The translations under genes were made by a program, and so were the position numbers. Source: Lingula anatina (taxonomy: Eukaryota > Animalia > Brachiopoda). From it: a DNA stretch of 64,000 bases. The notes below the pieces were generated by a model. That model worked only from the letters and a program-made list of their open reading frames with translations. It did not search any database and was not told the origin of the DNA. The stretch lies in assembly GCA_051362555.1 (NCBI GenBank), contig CM120640.1:47160788-47224787 (forward strand), in the 5' to 3' direction. Below are positions 12,630-24,794 of the stretch, piece after piece (within the stretch, counting starts at the first letter, position 1; every line of letters starts with the position of its first letter).

Positions 12630-14871
12630 TATAAACTTATCTGGAACTTTTGCATCGGCTTCGTTAAGTCTTGAGAGAAAAAAGAACAATATTTCATAAA
12701 TTATTACGCCTTTATTTATTTATTATTATTATTAAAATAAATGGTGATAAATAAAATATGTATACGAAAGCTAACATCTTAAGTGTTATTCTGTTTATTA
12801 AAGGGGGGTTCTAAAAAAATGACCTAGTACTTATGGATTATTTCATGGATCTCATCTCTAACTTATAATGAATAAAAAGCCAGGTCCATGTTACGGTCCT
12901 GTTTTATCATCCTAGTGCAATTAGTGTGTCTTTATTCTTATGAAAAGTTGTTACGAATTGCTTTATTTTAAGGTTTTTATTTCACACGTTTGATTCTTTA
13001 TCACAGGTTCCACTTTTTGCTTGTTTGTTTACTAGTTTTGTTTATCATTGCCTCACAGCTCACACAATCATACGTTTTTCAACTATCACAATCGTACGCC
13101 CTATTGCCAGACATTTGTTAAAGTCAGGTTGCCCATTTCATTTTTCCGTTCACTAAACGTTTTGCACTAGAAATCTCTTTGCACGTGAAGCATTTTGATT
13201 TATTTACGTCGATATGCCAAAAGAAATTTCTCAGATGCTGCAGGTGAAACTAGGGAACATATCTATCCCTAACAATTACCGTTTTAAAGCAACTGTTTAT
13301 ATCAGAGGTTAAAGCGACCTTAGCTATCTAAGATGATTCATCAAAGCACGCTTGGACAGAAATTAAGAATAATGTGATATATCGTAGTTGCTGTACTTTC
13401 TGATGATTTAGGCATTTCATGAAAGCCAATTTAAGGATGGTACAATGAAGAAGTTTGTAATGTCGTTTTATAAAGGAGGTTTATAAATACACACTTATAA
13501 ATACAACCATACATTTACTGTTATAACTACAATAATTTTCTCTGATTTTTAGGTCTATTTAATAATTCATTTTTTTAACATGGCAGTACCCTATGAATAT
13601 TTAGGATGTTGATTTTAATGCGACATATCCTATCCGTGTGTGTGTGTGTGTTCTGCATCTAATGACTTGTTAGTTAAACGATTAGATATGCCAAAAAAAG
13701 AAAGAAAAAAAAAACACTCACATTCGTCTTTATCGTATTTAGTACAGGTAATGTAACTGTAATTTAACTATAATTTGCTTCCAAAGAAAATTAATAAATT
13801 ACCACAACGTTGCAAGTAAGAGGGAGCGAAACACGCAAAGTGATTTTCCATGGTGCACAGAAACTTAATTTGATTTAACCTTAATGCCGCTTGCCTGTCT
13901 TCTTCAATCCTTCCTCTCGACCTCCTACGGATATTAGAGGGACGCAATGAAAGCATTTAAAAGGGTTGATTGACATTCAGCGATCGTAGAAAAGGTCAGA
14001 AGAAGTCCCATAGGACTGAAGTGGCAACACATTGTGCATCTGTGTGTTAGAACCCTGAAATGACAGCGACCCTGTAGAGATATGGATCAGACACAAGAAT
14101 GAGATTCACTATGCTTTTCAGTTTGCATTTTTACATACATTTCAGTAAACCACGGAAAAAATGATATGTATATGATATGTATAAATAGGACAAAAAAAAT
14201 GGAAAACTATAAAGTTTGGGGGATTTTAATAATACGCTGGTCCATACTTTTCGGTAATATCAAATCACTTTAAGTTTCTTTTACCAGTCTTAGTTATAAA
14301 AGAGATAGCACTTAAAATATTTGTTGTTATAAATCCTTTTATGATCTTTCTTGATAGATTGCCGTCATATCCCAAGGGCATGTGACGTACTTAAAGAATT
14401 ATGAAATAAATAACCTGCCAAAAATATTGCCAAGTGAAAATGCAAATAATTGATGTAACCAAGCAATCGCCATGGCCTAAGGAAAGGGCCAACTGGCCCT
14501 GATACGTCCCATTTAATGAATAATGAGATCGGGACTTGATATTGTAAAGTGAATAACTGGAAGGAGGCAGAGATAACTGCAAACAACTCCAGCTGAATTC
14601 GCTCAAATCTAGGGTCCTAGCAACCTCGTACGAAATTCTCGTATGCGACCGCGCTAATCTAAGTATAATCTATGAATTCCATGATCAAATAAATAATTGC
14701 GATGTTAATAACAGCTGTTGTCTGTTTTGATAGAACGTACGTGAACAATTGGATGAACGCTGCTTTCCTTGAACAGGCAACTTTACACATGTACATGATC
14801 GAGTTAAAATCCAGTGCGAGAACTGTTTTTTTAGCTTTGGTTTGTTTTTTTCTTCGTAATCACGTCTTAAA

Positions 14872-14914
<43 letters not shown>
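14872..14914. repeat. (AAT)n microsatellite
   Basis: Seen directly. Confidence 0.95.
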
Positions 14915-16118
14915 TGTATTTGGGGAGATGGTTAAAAAAGATAAAATACTGTTTTAATTTTCATGTGATCAGATGAAAGTGAAAAAAGTTGTCATAGCAA
15001 TTGGAGGAAAGAAAAAATAACCCGTATCTAGTGCAAATTTTCCAGTTGTCATAGTACATAAGCAGCATGTCGTGCCAAGATAATGATCTGTTATTGAGTG
15101 TTATATGATGTTAGAATAGACCTTCATTGCCTTCTATTAGGTTATATAGGACGTGATTAATTTTTCTAATTAGGTCTATATTGGAAATATCAGGTCAGAT
15201 AATAACCGCATCAGTCATTTTTGGGCTATCATATCCACATTAGTTTTCACAGCAAATGGCCAATAAGCAGATCACCGCGTTGCATACGGACGCCTTGTTT
15301 GCATTGTATTGCATTTTCCCGTCGTGACAGATAAAAAGGAAGGAAATGAAAATCCGCAACAATTAATTTCTATTTTGTATTAAGTCCGATTGCCAATTGT
15401 CCTTGAAAAGGTACCAAGGATGATTGAATTTACTGCAGCATTTTGAAGTTTTGGTGATAAGGTGAAGGAGAGTAATGAAAAATGCCTATATCAGCGTTGT
15501 TGAGCATGGCGAACACAATATAAATTAACGGCGCTGATATATGGGGTTTAAGTGGGATGGATGCGCGGTCAAAGCAGAGGAGCAATGTCTGATAATTGAA
15601 ATTATAATTATTTGCTTACAGTGTACAGACGATCTGATCCCCTGAAACTTGTCCATGCACGTTAGGCTACGTGTTGTCCCACCCACCTCCGTGTAGATAG
15701 TCTGGCAAAAACAATGAGAAGTATATACAGATACATGTAGTTTGTTAATATTAGTATATGAAGATAGCAAAGTTGTCTTAAAGGATAGGATTTTTCATTC
15801 TTATCCCCTTAGTTATCTCAAAACTAGCAAAGTGGCAAATCTATATTTAAAGCCATTATACAACTTTTGTTAGGCGGGACTCTAGCTTCTGGTAATTTGA
15901 CTATTGGGATCAAATGGCAGGGGCCAATCTCTTAATGTCCCCACATTAAGGAGATGTCTTTGTATATATCACATCATCACGCAACATGGTATCCCTTTAA
16001 CTGCTCACAGTAGCAGACATGCAAGTGATACAAATGACATTTGATAGCGCCTCTCTCTCTCCGATTTTAATCCCACTGGCTGTTACGGGGTATTTGTGAA
16101 GCCCTCGGTTGACGGGAA

Positions 16119-16282
16119 TGACGTCACAGAGCCAAGTAATTTCCGTTATGACACCAATGCCGCCAAAGGGTCGTTTGGATGATCATTAAAGTGTAGTTTC
16201 ATTCGTTTAACTTGAAAGACGTTGGGTATATTTTGGGTCAAAGCTTAATCGTTTCAAGGGCTTCAATGACATTTAAGTAAGT
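16119..16282 (+). promoter_or_regulatory. Candidate promoter/first non-coding exon (CRE + CCAAT + splice donor)
   Basis: TGACGTCA at 16119-16126, CCAAT nearby, CpG-rich context, TAA|GTAAGT donor at 16277. Motif evidence only. Confidence 0.25.
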
Positions 16283-16550
16283 CGACCTTCTACAATTTTT
16301 CTTAACTTAGTTAAAAAAAAAAAAACAGGCCCAGGCCTCTAAAAGTTTGTTAAAGAAAACAGGAAAAAAGTGGTACCGAAATGTTCAGTCTTGAATTTCG
16401 GCACATTGGATTGGTTATTCGGTACAAAATGGATTTCATGGCCTTGGGATGCAATCCTTGGGTACCAATTACAATCATTCAAATAACCAAGTTTTGTCTT
16501 TTTTTCTTAAATTTTTAGACATAATAAATCAACAAACTTGTGGCGTGGCA

Positions 16551-16630
16551 TACTTTATTAAGAGACTAGTGCCTCTAGATAGGCCTGCATTCCATTTAAT
16601 CTTTACATTGCGTATCACCCCGAGGTAAAG
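16551..16630 (+). mobile_element. Truncated arm of the MITE at 17069-17421, running into a (GATA)n tract
   Basis: TGCATTCCATTTAATCTTTACAT...TATCA.CCCGAGGTAAA is shared with 17339-17382. Confidence 0.7.
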
Positions 16631-16863
16631 GATAGATAGATAGATAGATAGATGCCTTAACAGCAAAGTATAACCTGTAGTCCACTATTCAAAACCGTTG
16701 AGAAAATTACGATCTTTCAAGTTATTTTCGAGTCCTAAAATTATAATTTCTGTCGCCGCGAATGATATTCACCATTTTGTATAATATCTTCATTAAAAAA
16801 GTTTCTAAAATTTAATAACAAAAACTAGTTTATTGACAGTTATTATATGAACGGTTTTAGATA

Positions 16864-17025
16864 TGGTATACCTTGATGATAAAGGAAAAAGTGTTGAAGT
16901 TTCATGGAAAATTTTATATAAAGGCCTGACACTAAATTTGTGGCCTAAAGAGATCAGTCAAGATCCCTTTATAGGAATTCTTTCATGAAAGTTCAATTTT
17001 TTCCATTTAACGCCAAAGTATACCA
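16864..17025. mobile_element. Fold-back element with ~60-bp imperfect inverted repeats
   Basis: TGGTATACCTTGATGATAAAGGAAAAAG...TTTCATGG...ATAAAGG pairs with CCTTTATAGG...CATGAAAGTTCAA...AAAGTATACCA. Confidence 0.65.
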
Positions 17026-17068
17026 TTCACACCATTACAGTTGACTCGTTTTTGTTTTTAGTAAATCT

Positions 17069-17421
17069 TTAAAGCATTTGTGCTATTGCCTGCTCTGGGA
17101 AATGGTTTTACTTCAGGATGATACGCAATGTAAAGATAAAATGGGATGCATCTCTAGGGACTAGGCTATTAATAAAGTACACATTGGGAGGAGTATGTTG
17201 AAAGAAACAGAACTCCTTGGCTCGCAAAGGTGATTGTCTACAGGGATATGACTTCGATTATTTCGCGAGTTGTTTTAGACTGTTTCTTTGTTTATACTCC
17301 TCCCAAGGTATACTTATTAATAGACTAGGCCCAAGAGATGCATTCCATTTAATCTTTACATAGTGTATCATCCCGAGGTAAAACCAGATCCCGCAGCAGG
17401 GAAAAAGCACAAATACTTTAA
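17069..17421. mobile_element. MITE with ~140-bp terminal inverted repeats, bounded by TTAA (Kolobok-like)
   Basis: TTAAAGCATTTGTGCT...GGGAGGAGTAT...AAGAAACAG is the reverse complement of CTGTTTCTT...ATACTCCTCCC...AGCACAAATACTTTAA. TTAA at 17069-72 and 17418-21. Confidence 0.8.
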
Positions 17422-18440
17422 TACGCTCATTAATTTGTGGAATTCAATAAAATGGATATAGAAACCTCTTGATCGATAAAGATATCAGCAAAAAAGATTA
17501 AATTCGATGCTCTGTCTTCAAACCAAGACCCCGTAACATACATCTGAACTGGTCCACATAAGGAGAGCATTCGGGCAGTTTGAAACTGCCTGAAACAAGT
17601 AATATTTCTTTGTTATATGTGAGAACAAATGGCAATACGTCAAAACTTGCCTGCATTACTTCACGTTGGAAACGCACTGGAAGCGATCTTAAACCACTGC
17701 ATGTACATATTCGCTCAAATATAACCCGTTTGAATACATAATTTGACATGGTGTGTACAAGAGAAGTCAAACTTTGAGTTTATAAAGAAAAATGGTAAAA
17801 GCTTAGCATTACCCCTAACGAGTGGTCTAAGCTATTCCCGGCGTCTGTGGTATAAGTCTATGGTGTAAGTAGCAGTTTATACTAGCACAGCACGGTATCT
17901 CCTGTTTTATTCAAAATTAATTAATTTCAACAATTAAATTAAATTAATTATAACAATTAAATTTGATTACATTTATGTGAGCTGCAGATTCTGGATTAAA
18001 CACACACAGAATCACAATTCCATTATCATATACATTCCCACTGATGGGCAAAGCGTTTTTTATGTTAAAAGAAAGATCTAGCTACCTGCACGTTTTCATT
18101 GCATTTATGCAGTTTTCTTTAAATGATAAATGAAGATTACTTTGACATGTACACTACGTATCCAAATACACTGACCCTTGCAGTTCAACATAGATGCTAC
18201 AAAGAAAGCACATGGATGCTACAAAGAAAGCAAGTTATTTTAGATGACATGCTGTATATTACCCAGCGTTTTCCGTCACTTGTTTTTTCATTTGTGCAAT
18301 ACTTTTGTCAACTTGGAAGTAGCGGAACAACTTATTGAACGCCCTTCTTCCCATGAAGACACCTATCGGGTTTATAAGTATCAAATCATCAATGAAGATT
18401 GTGTGGTTATTTTATCCCAGGGTGTTCCAGGCAGTATTAT

Positions 18441-18565
18441 TTATACCACGGCTGGCGCTTCGAACAATAGGATAATTGCACTTGTATTTCGCATACAGGC
18501 TTGGCTGTATTTTCATACGCCTCGGTGCGTTCATCCTCTTGTTCGAAGTGCCAGTCGTGGTATAA
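18441..18565. mobile_element. Palindromic non-autonomous element (Crypton-like termini TTATACCACG)
   Basis: ~40-bp arms: TTATACCACGGCTGGCGCTTCGAACAATAGGAT / ATCCTCTTGTTCGAAGTGCCAGTCGTGGTATAA. The superfamily is from recall, not a search. Confidence 0.7.
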
Positions 18566-19397
18566 GTCAGTTACATGTACAACTACATGTACTCGTCGTC
18601 CACTGTATGCGACACACTTGAGCAAATCAAGAAGTTATAATATAACTTCTTGAGCAAATTATATCTCGGCTGTGCTATGTAATTACGCTCTTGTATGTCG
18701 TATACAGTGGACGATTCGTGTTGTAACTAGTACGTATTATGAGTATATCTTGGAAAGATGCCACTTGGGGATATCACCCAAAAAAATCTTGAAATGCAAT
18801 AGAATCTTTGTAACATCTTCACCAGCTTGCCGAAAGCAGCTTGGCAAAAGTTTAGAATGTAACAAAGACACGCGATACGATCTATCCCTGAAGAATATCA
18901 ATTACACCTGAAGATATCTGGTGGATGGCCTGCCAAAAGAGGACGTTTGGGTATTAAAATGATCATGTTAAATTGATAAATTCGACAATTAAGATGTCAA
19001 ATGAGACTACTGAGTGACGTTCCCTAAAAGGCGATTGAATTCAGGGGCACTATATACCATTAATCTTTATGGAGTTTGTTAATTTGACACCCTCGGAAAC
19101 CCAGCCACATGAAAGCATCCGCTATTAGATTTGATAGTTTATGAGTCAATTAAATGAACTCACACTGGTATCGATAAAACTAGAAAGATGGCTTGAAAGA
19201 GAAAGAGACTAAAGGCAGAGATTTGTCTCCCTTTTTATAATAGACATTTCTCGGGGGGGGGGGGGGTGGTTATATTTTAAAATGCTGAATTTGTGTTGAC
19301 AATTTGATTATCTCTGTAAATACGAGTTTCCTGTGTGTGACTATGTGTAAGTAGATATTAGAGGTTGGTGTTAACCTTTTCCCTAAATTTACCATTT

Positions 19398-19564
19398 CGG
19401 TGTGACAGGAATTGTAGGCTAGAAACCGCAGTCCGTTCTCCATTACTTTGTACAGGTGACATTCATCCCATTTTCCAACCCCAATACTCCAACTAACCCT
19501 AACCTGTACTAGTCGTAGGGGACACCGGACTTCCATTCCTAGGAGTAGCATTCCTGTCACACAG
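19398..19564. mobile_element. MITE with TIR GTGTGACAGGAAT and an internal CTAACCCTAACC tract
   Basis: GTGTGACAGGAAT...AGTCCG / CGGACT...ATTCCTGTCACAC inverted pair. Confidence 0.6.
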
Positions 19565-22182
19565 GTACTTAATGCTGAAGTAATTCAGTTATGTAAAACT
19601 TTAACTTCTCTTCGATTGCTCTCTCAATGGTTCGACCTCCGTAACATTTACCAGGACTTTTACCTCGGGATGCAAGGTCGGACTTAATTCCGCTTTATTT
19701 TCACGTCAATGATCTAGTGCCCCGGTCCATAAATCACCCATGTTCTGTCATTGATACAGCCACACATCTTTTATATCAACATTCAAGCGATGTTATTAGA
19801 CACAACATTTGGTTATCGTGACATGATAAAGTGTGGGTGTATTGAGAAACATATTAGACTTGTTTAATCAACCCCCGGCGGAGCTCGTCAATGACACAAA
19901 GTGTAGTGAATTTCTGGCGCTTATTGATGGTGTAATTAGAAAAAGCAAACCAAAACGTGTAGGCGGGAGACATCTTTTTTGTATTACTCAGCGATCAAGT
20001 CGAGAACTGTTTAACGCCTCTCAATCAGATCTACTGCCTGCAGATAGAAACTCGATACTAAGCCAAATGAAATCGAATGTAAGTCTAATAATGTAACGCC
20101 GCGACGATTGATAGAACTATCAAAGCAACTTGTCTACTGAACCATAACCAACGACTCATTGATAACGCCCTTTTGGTTTAAGAGTACACAGAAGGCAACC
20201 AGGTTCTATTCAAAAGTGGAAACCATGCAGTTCTTCCAAAATGATTAGCCTGTAGGACTTAAATGGTTTGACCTGCTTGTTGACACCGAACTAATCAACT
20301 AAGAGTTTGGAATACTGCGTAAAAATCAATAGGCTGAACCTTTTGCCCCTTGCAGGTACACTCTATCACAGAGCTGGCGTACGTGAAACATATGTACATG
20401 TTTGTAAGACAAGCTTAAATAATTTGATTTGATGTGATACACTGAAATATATGGCAACAACACTTGGAGGACGCTCATTTTTAACCAGGCAAAAAAGGTT
20501 GCAAACATTACATTTATAATAAAAGATTTATGGCCACCTGCATTCAGACTTGATGAATGATAAAAAATTAACTACTTTTTCTTATACGACCTTTTTAAGG
20601 ATATTCGTTTAAGATTTAAATGGTTGAACGGCTATATAGATTAGATATTTTGTGATTTATCCGCAGGGTAGTGGACGTAATTGGTGTAGTTTACATTAAA
20701 ATCCAATAAAATGGTGTTTTAAAAAAAAGTTAATCAGGATAATAAAATCTAATAAGTATGAATAAAAAAGATGTAGACTACCTTTTTATATGTGTACACA
20801 ATCATGTGAATACATTTTCAGCTTCTTATGTTATATAAGCATAAATGAGGCGGACAGTTTGGTCATTCCATAGGTATCATTTACAGTCTAGCCACGTTGG
20901 TTCTCTCGATTGAACTGACAACCAGATGAAGACAAATGATGACACCAAGCAATATTACATCTCATGAACGCCAGTCAGCATTACTGCTACGGTAACCCCA
21001 ATATCATGCTTGCTGTTAGCACTTCGCTGTTTAAAGTTTGCCTAAATACAAACTTAACAAAACTTAATACCGACTCCAACCCATTGAGCGCTTCACTTTG
21101 TAATTGTTTGTAAGATTAATACCATGTAAATGCAACGGTCGACGAAGCAACAAGTGTTTTAATTATATCTCCACTCAAAAGCCATCTCTCCTTTCCTAGT
21201 AACATGTCAACTCTATTCACCCTGTGCTGAAGAGGGTAAATGATTACCGACATTGGATATTCCCTCTACTTTATTGCTTAAAACTACATGTACATGTATG
21301 TGGCAGCTATCGCCTCGATGGGCTTGGCGTTGGTCTAAAGAAGAATACCGTACCATTGCTGCCGCATAACAGACGCCAAGACGACTACGTCACTACCCCG
21401 ATGGTGACGTCATATGGCTGTAGGTGCAAAGGGTGGTCACGCAAGTTTTGTGATACTTATTTCACAGCTTTTTGCTGTGACTGCTGCATATGAACTTCTG
21501 ACCCAATGACAAGCAAAGTTCCAGTTTGAAGATTATTTGTTGGACAATTTTCATTTATTAATATGCATTATACTGGTACCTACAGGCCCCGCTCCCTATC
21601 TTGTTCGCGTAATTGCATTCCACCCAATGGACTGCCTATAAAATGCTGACTGTTTGTTCTAGGACAATCTATAAAATCTATGACCGTTTCGAAAAATCCC
21701 TACGAGGTTAAGCTATAGGTTCATATTGATAGCGATCTTGTTGGCGATTTAGATGTTAATGTGTGACATTTAAAACCTTCTTGCAGTTAGCACAACCAAC
21801 ATTGGTCACTTTATAGCAGAGATGAATGCATCAGAATGATGCATTCAAGACTTACTGATTGACGACAAAACTAAATTTTTATATTAATTAAGCGCTTATA
21901 GCAGCTTTTATAGATGAACCAAAACAGCATCATTCAATATGAAATAGAAGACTCATCAGTATACTTAAGCGCAACTGTACTGAAACACTTGGTCATATAT
22001 TCTGCTTCAGGAAAGGCATACTTGTGACCTTAGGACTCGAGTGCGACCGTGTTTTAATGAATAAAATTTTTAAACGGAAAAATAATACTTATTGAAGAGG
22101 AAAATGTTATGTATACGACAATTGATTTACGTGCAGAGAATTCATTAATGCCGAGTTGGGGATGGGGGGGGGGGGGGTGATC

Positions 22183-22275
22183 GAGGCGCTTAAAGTAACT
22201 TTAATAGTACGCCAACTTTTAACTGGGAGGATGAGGTGCTTGAAGTCACTTTTATAGTAAGCAAACTTTTGACTG
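22183..22275. repeat. Two-copy ~50-bp degenerate tandem duplication
   Basis: GAGGCGCTTAAAGTAACTTTAATAGTACGCCAACTTTT vs GAGGTGCTTGAAGTCACTTTTATAGTAAGCAAACTTTT. Confidence 0.75.
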
Positions 22276-23598
22276 AGCAAATGTTGTTACGCACGCATAC
22301 AAAAGGAAATAAAATAAATGAATATTTGTTACATATTTTATCAACTGTTGGTCGACTATATTAGAGGTATTTTATACAGGATTTTCGCACCACATCTTTC
22401 CACCGTCCCTGCACTTGGATGTTTTGTGCCATATCTAATTAAATAAATTAGTTCCAAACGAATTACAATTCATTCAGACCTCCATGTCTTCTTGACATGC
22501 CACATGATATATCGCCAACGGGTATTTGGGGGTTTATTTTTTATAGGGTGTTAATTGGGAAATACATGTACAAGTGTATGTAGAGAAATGTGCCAGGTAC
22601 AGTGTATTTAGACAAAAATGAGCCACGTCAGTGACGCTTGCGTTTTGTGTTTTATTTGTATAATTTTGACTTGCCCGATTATTTTTGCTGTTTTGTTTTA
22701 TAGTGCCCTCCAATGTGGAAAGAAATCAACAGTTATTAAAAAGCTATCTAAAAATTATGTACAAATATCACATAAAATGTGTGCGTCACAAAGTGACTGA
22801 GTTACATTTTTGTGGAATGAGCCGTACATGTAGTATGCCTTTGATATCAAACTAAGGTTCTTGATCAATGTCGTCGCACAGGTTGGTAAGATTCACTCTA
22901 GGCATTAATAGGAAGAGTAGTACTCCAATTCGTCTTTTTACTTTTTTTTAATGTTTGCGATAAACAGATGTCAATAGTTCCCCCCAGTGACAAACATAGC
23001 TATTGTGAATGATCACTTTGAGCAACAAGTATTGTAAGTCTATATACGCAACGTTGCTTTTTCCTGAATGCACATTATAGAAAAAAGTTAACTTGGATGC
23101 TACAATAAATGAAACCTTGTTGATAAGCAGGCTTTTTAATACTCTAACCTACCAGTATAAGGTGAAACTTAAAAGAGAGCGCACCGTGTTATTGATGTTA
23201 GACTGGCCCTGTTAACACAGAGCAGAAATCGCCTCATCGATATACGATCCTGGATCATGCTAGACTCGTACCTATTAAAATACTATGAGACTTTTTGATA
23301 TTCTAGCATATGTCGATAAAATTCAATCGACGCTACCAGCGTAGTTGCCATATACAATATGGTCATGTATATGTTCACATCAGCTCTGACTTGAATTGCA
23401 AAATACTTGAAGTGTCAATTTCAAATGCGACAGCAAAATCCAATATTAATTTTTCCTACCACTTATCTTCAATAATGATATCGCCTTGGTGTCATTACAG
23501 TGCTGTGTATAATCGAAAGCGGATACCTGGAGGTATCTCCCTTACCAGCATAATAAGAATCTGTGCCACAATCAAATTGGCCCTACAAAGGTGCTAGG

Positions 23599-23600
<2 letters not shown>

Positions 23601-23660
<60 letters not shown>
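23601..23660. repeat. (TA)n microsatellite
   Basis: Seen directly. Confidence 0.95.
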
Positions 23661-23663
<3 letters not shown>

Positions 23664-24245
23664 CCTGGTTTGCTTGATATTCTATCAAAAACACAATTAT
23701 TCACTTATTCTAGGTAAGCCCCTATATATTCAGGAACATTAGCCAAACCGTTAGCGTTCACTTTAATTATTTATTCATCGGTGTCTGTAATAAGTACTTT
23801 TTATACGTAAACTGGCACCAAAGTAACATACAGCAATATAGAGCACTGTGCGACCCTTTAACTATTGACGAAGTTTTTTTATTGAAATTAGAGTCGTATT
23901 TGCAGGAGGCCTACAATATACAGAGTTAAAGGAAGCACTAACCTATAACAAATTTGAATTTACTTAGTACCACTTTCCCAGGCCTAATTCAGTGCATGTG
24001 CGCTCTTGCTCTTCCTTGCTGCCCGTAGTATTTCAGATTGTTTCAGTTGTCCGACTGACGTGGTAGGAAAGTTGCATGCGAATCACCTGTATCACAAATT
24101 ATTTCTTTCGTTCTGTGTTTTGATTGACATATTTCTTTATAGCGTGATACACTAGCGTGACTACCCCATTTCGTTCGTAAGCTTACAGTATTCCGCCACC
24201 AGTCTGCTTCACTCTCTCTCACACCACACCACCTCCCCCCCCTCC

Positions 24246-24284
24246 ACACACACACATGCACACACACACACACACACACACACA
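24246..24284. repeat. (CA)n microsatellite upstream of the hydrolase gene
   Basis: Seen directly. Confidence 0.9.
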
Positions 24285-24794
24285 AGGCAGTATCATTCAC
24301 TTAGTCATTCATGTCGATAGCCGACGCCTGTCAAAGAGGCTCCGTAATTGAACTGTGCATGTATCTTTATGAATAAAGCTGCAGCCAGCAGCAAGGGGAA
24401 TCAATACGCTGTGTGAGGACCTCAGGCACGCACGGACTGTTTTCACACTGGACGCAATTTGGCAATTACCTATTTCACCCAACACGGATAGTTTGAATTA
24501 TTAACATAACAAACGAGTGACGTAAATTCGCTGGGTAGTTAAATGACGATGATCTGCGCATTTACTAGTGTGTCATTGGATCGTGCATATTTCAAAGATT
24601 CTTCGTTTTTATTAACACCTTTATTGCTATTCATGATGCACATTGACAGAAAAGTTAAACACATACGGTTGCTGTAATGTGGATCCTTTAACGGAAGTTA
24701 TTCCAAGCGACAGATTAACAAGGCTGTGCAATTATAACTTAACTCGTATCACAACACAACGCGTTTGCTCTACTTGCAGGCTTGGAGATCGTTC

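Noticed and set aside
18244-18621. 125-aa ORF
   Set aside because: Runs through a palindromic repeat element; no protein features.
19833-20096. 87-aa protein-like ORF
   Set aside because: GTG start, no convincing splice sites or homology recognised.
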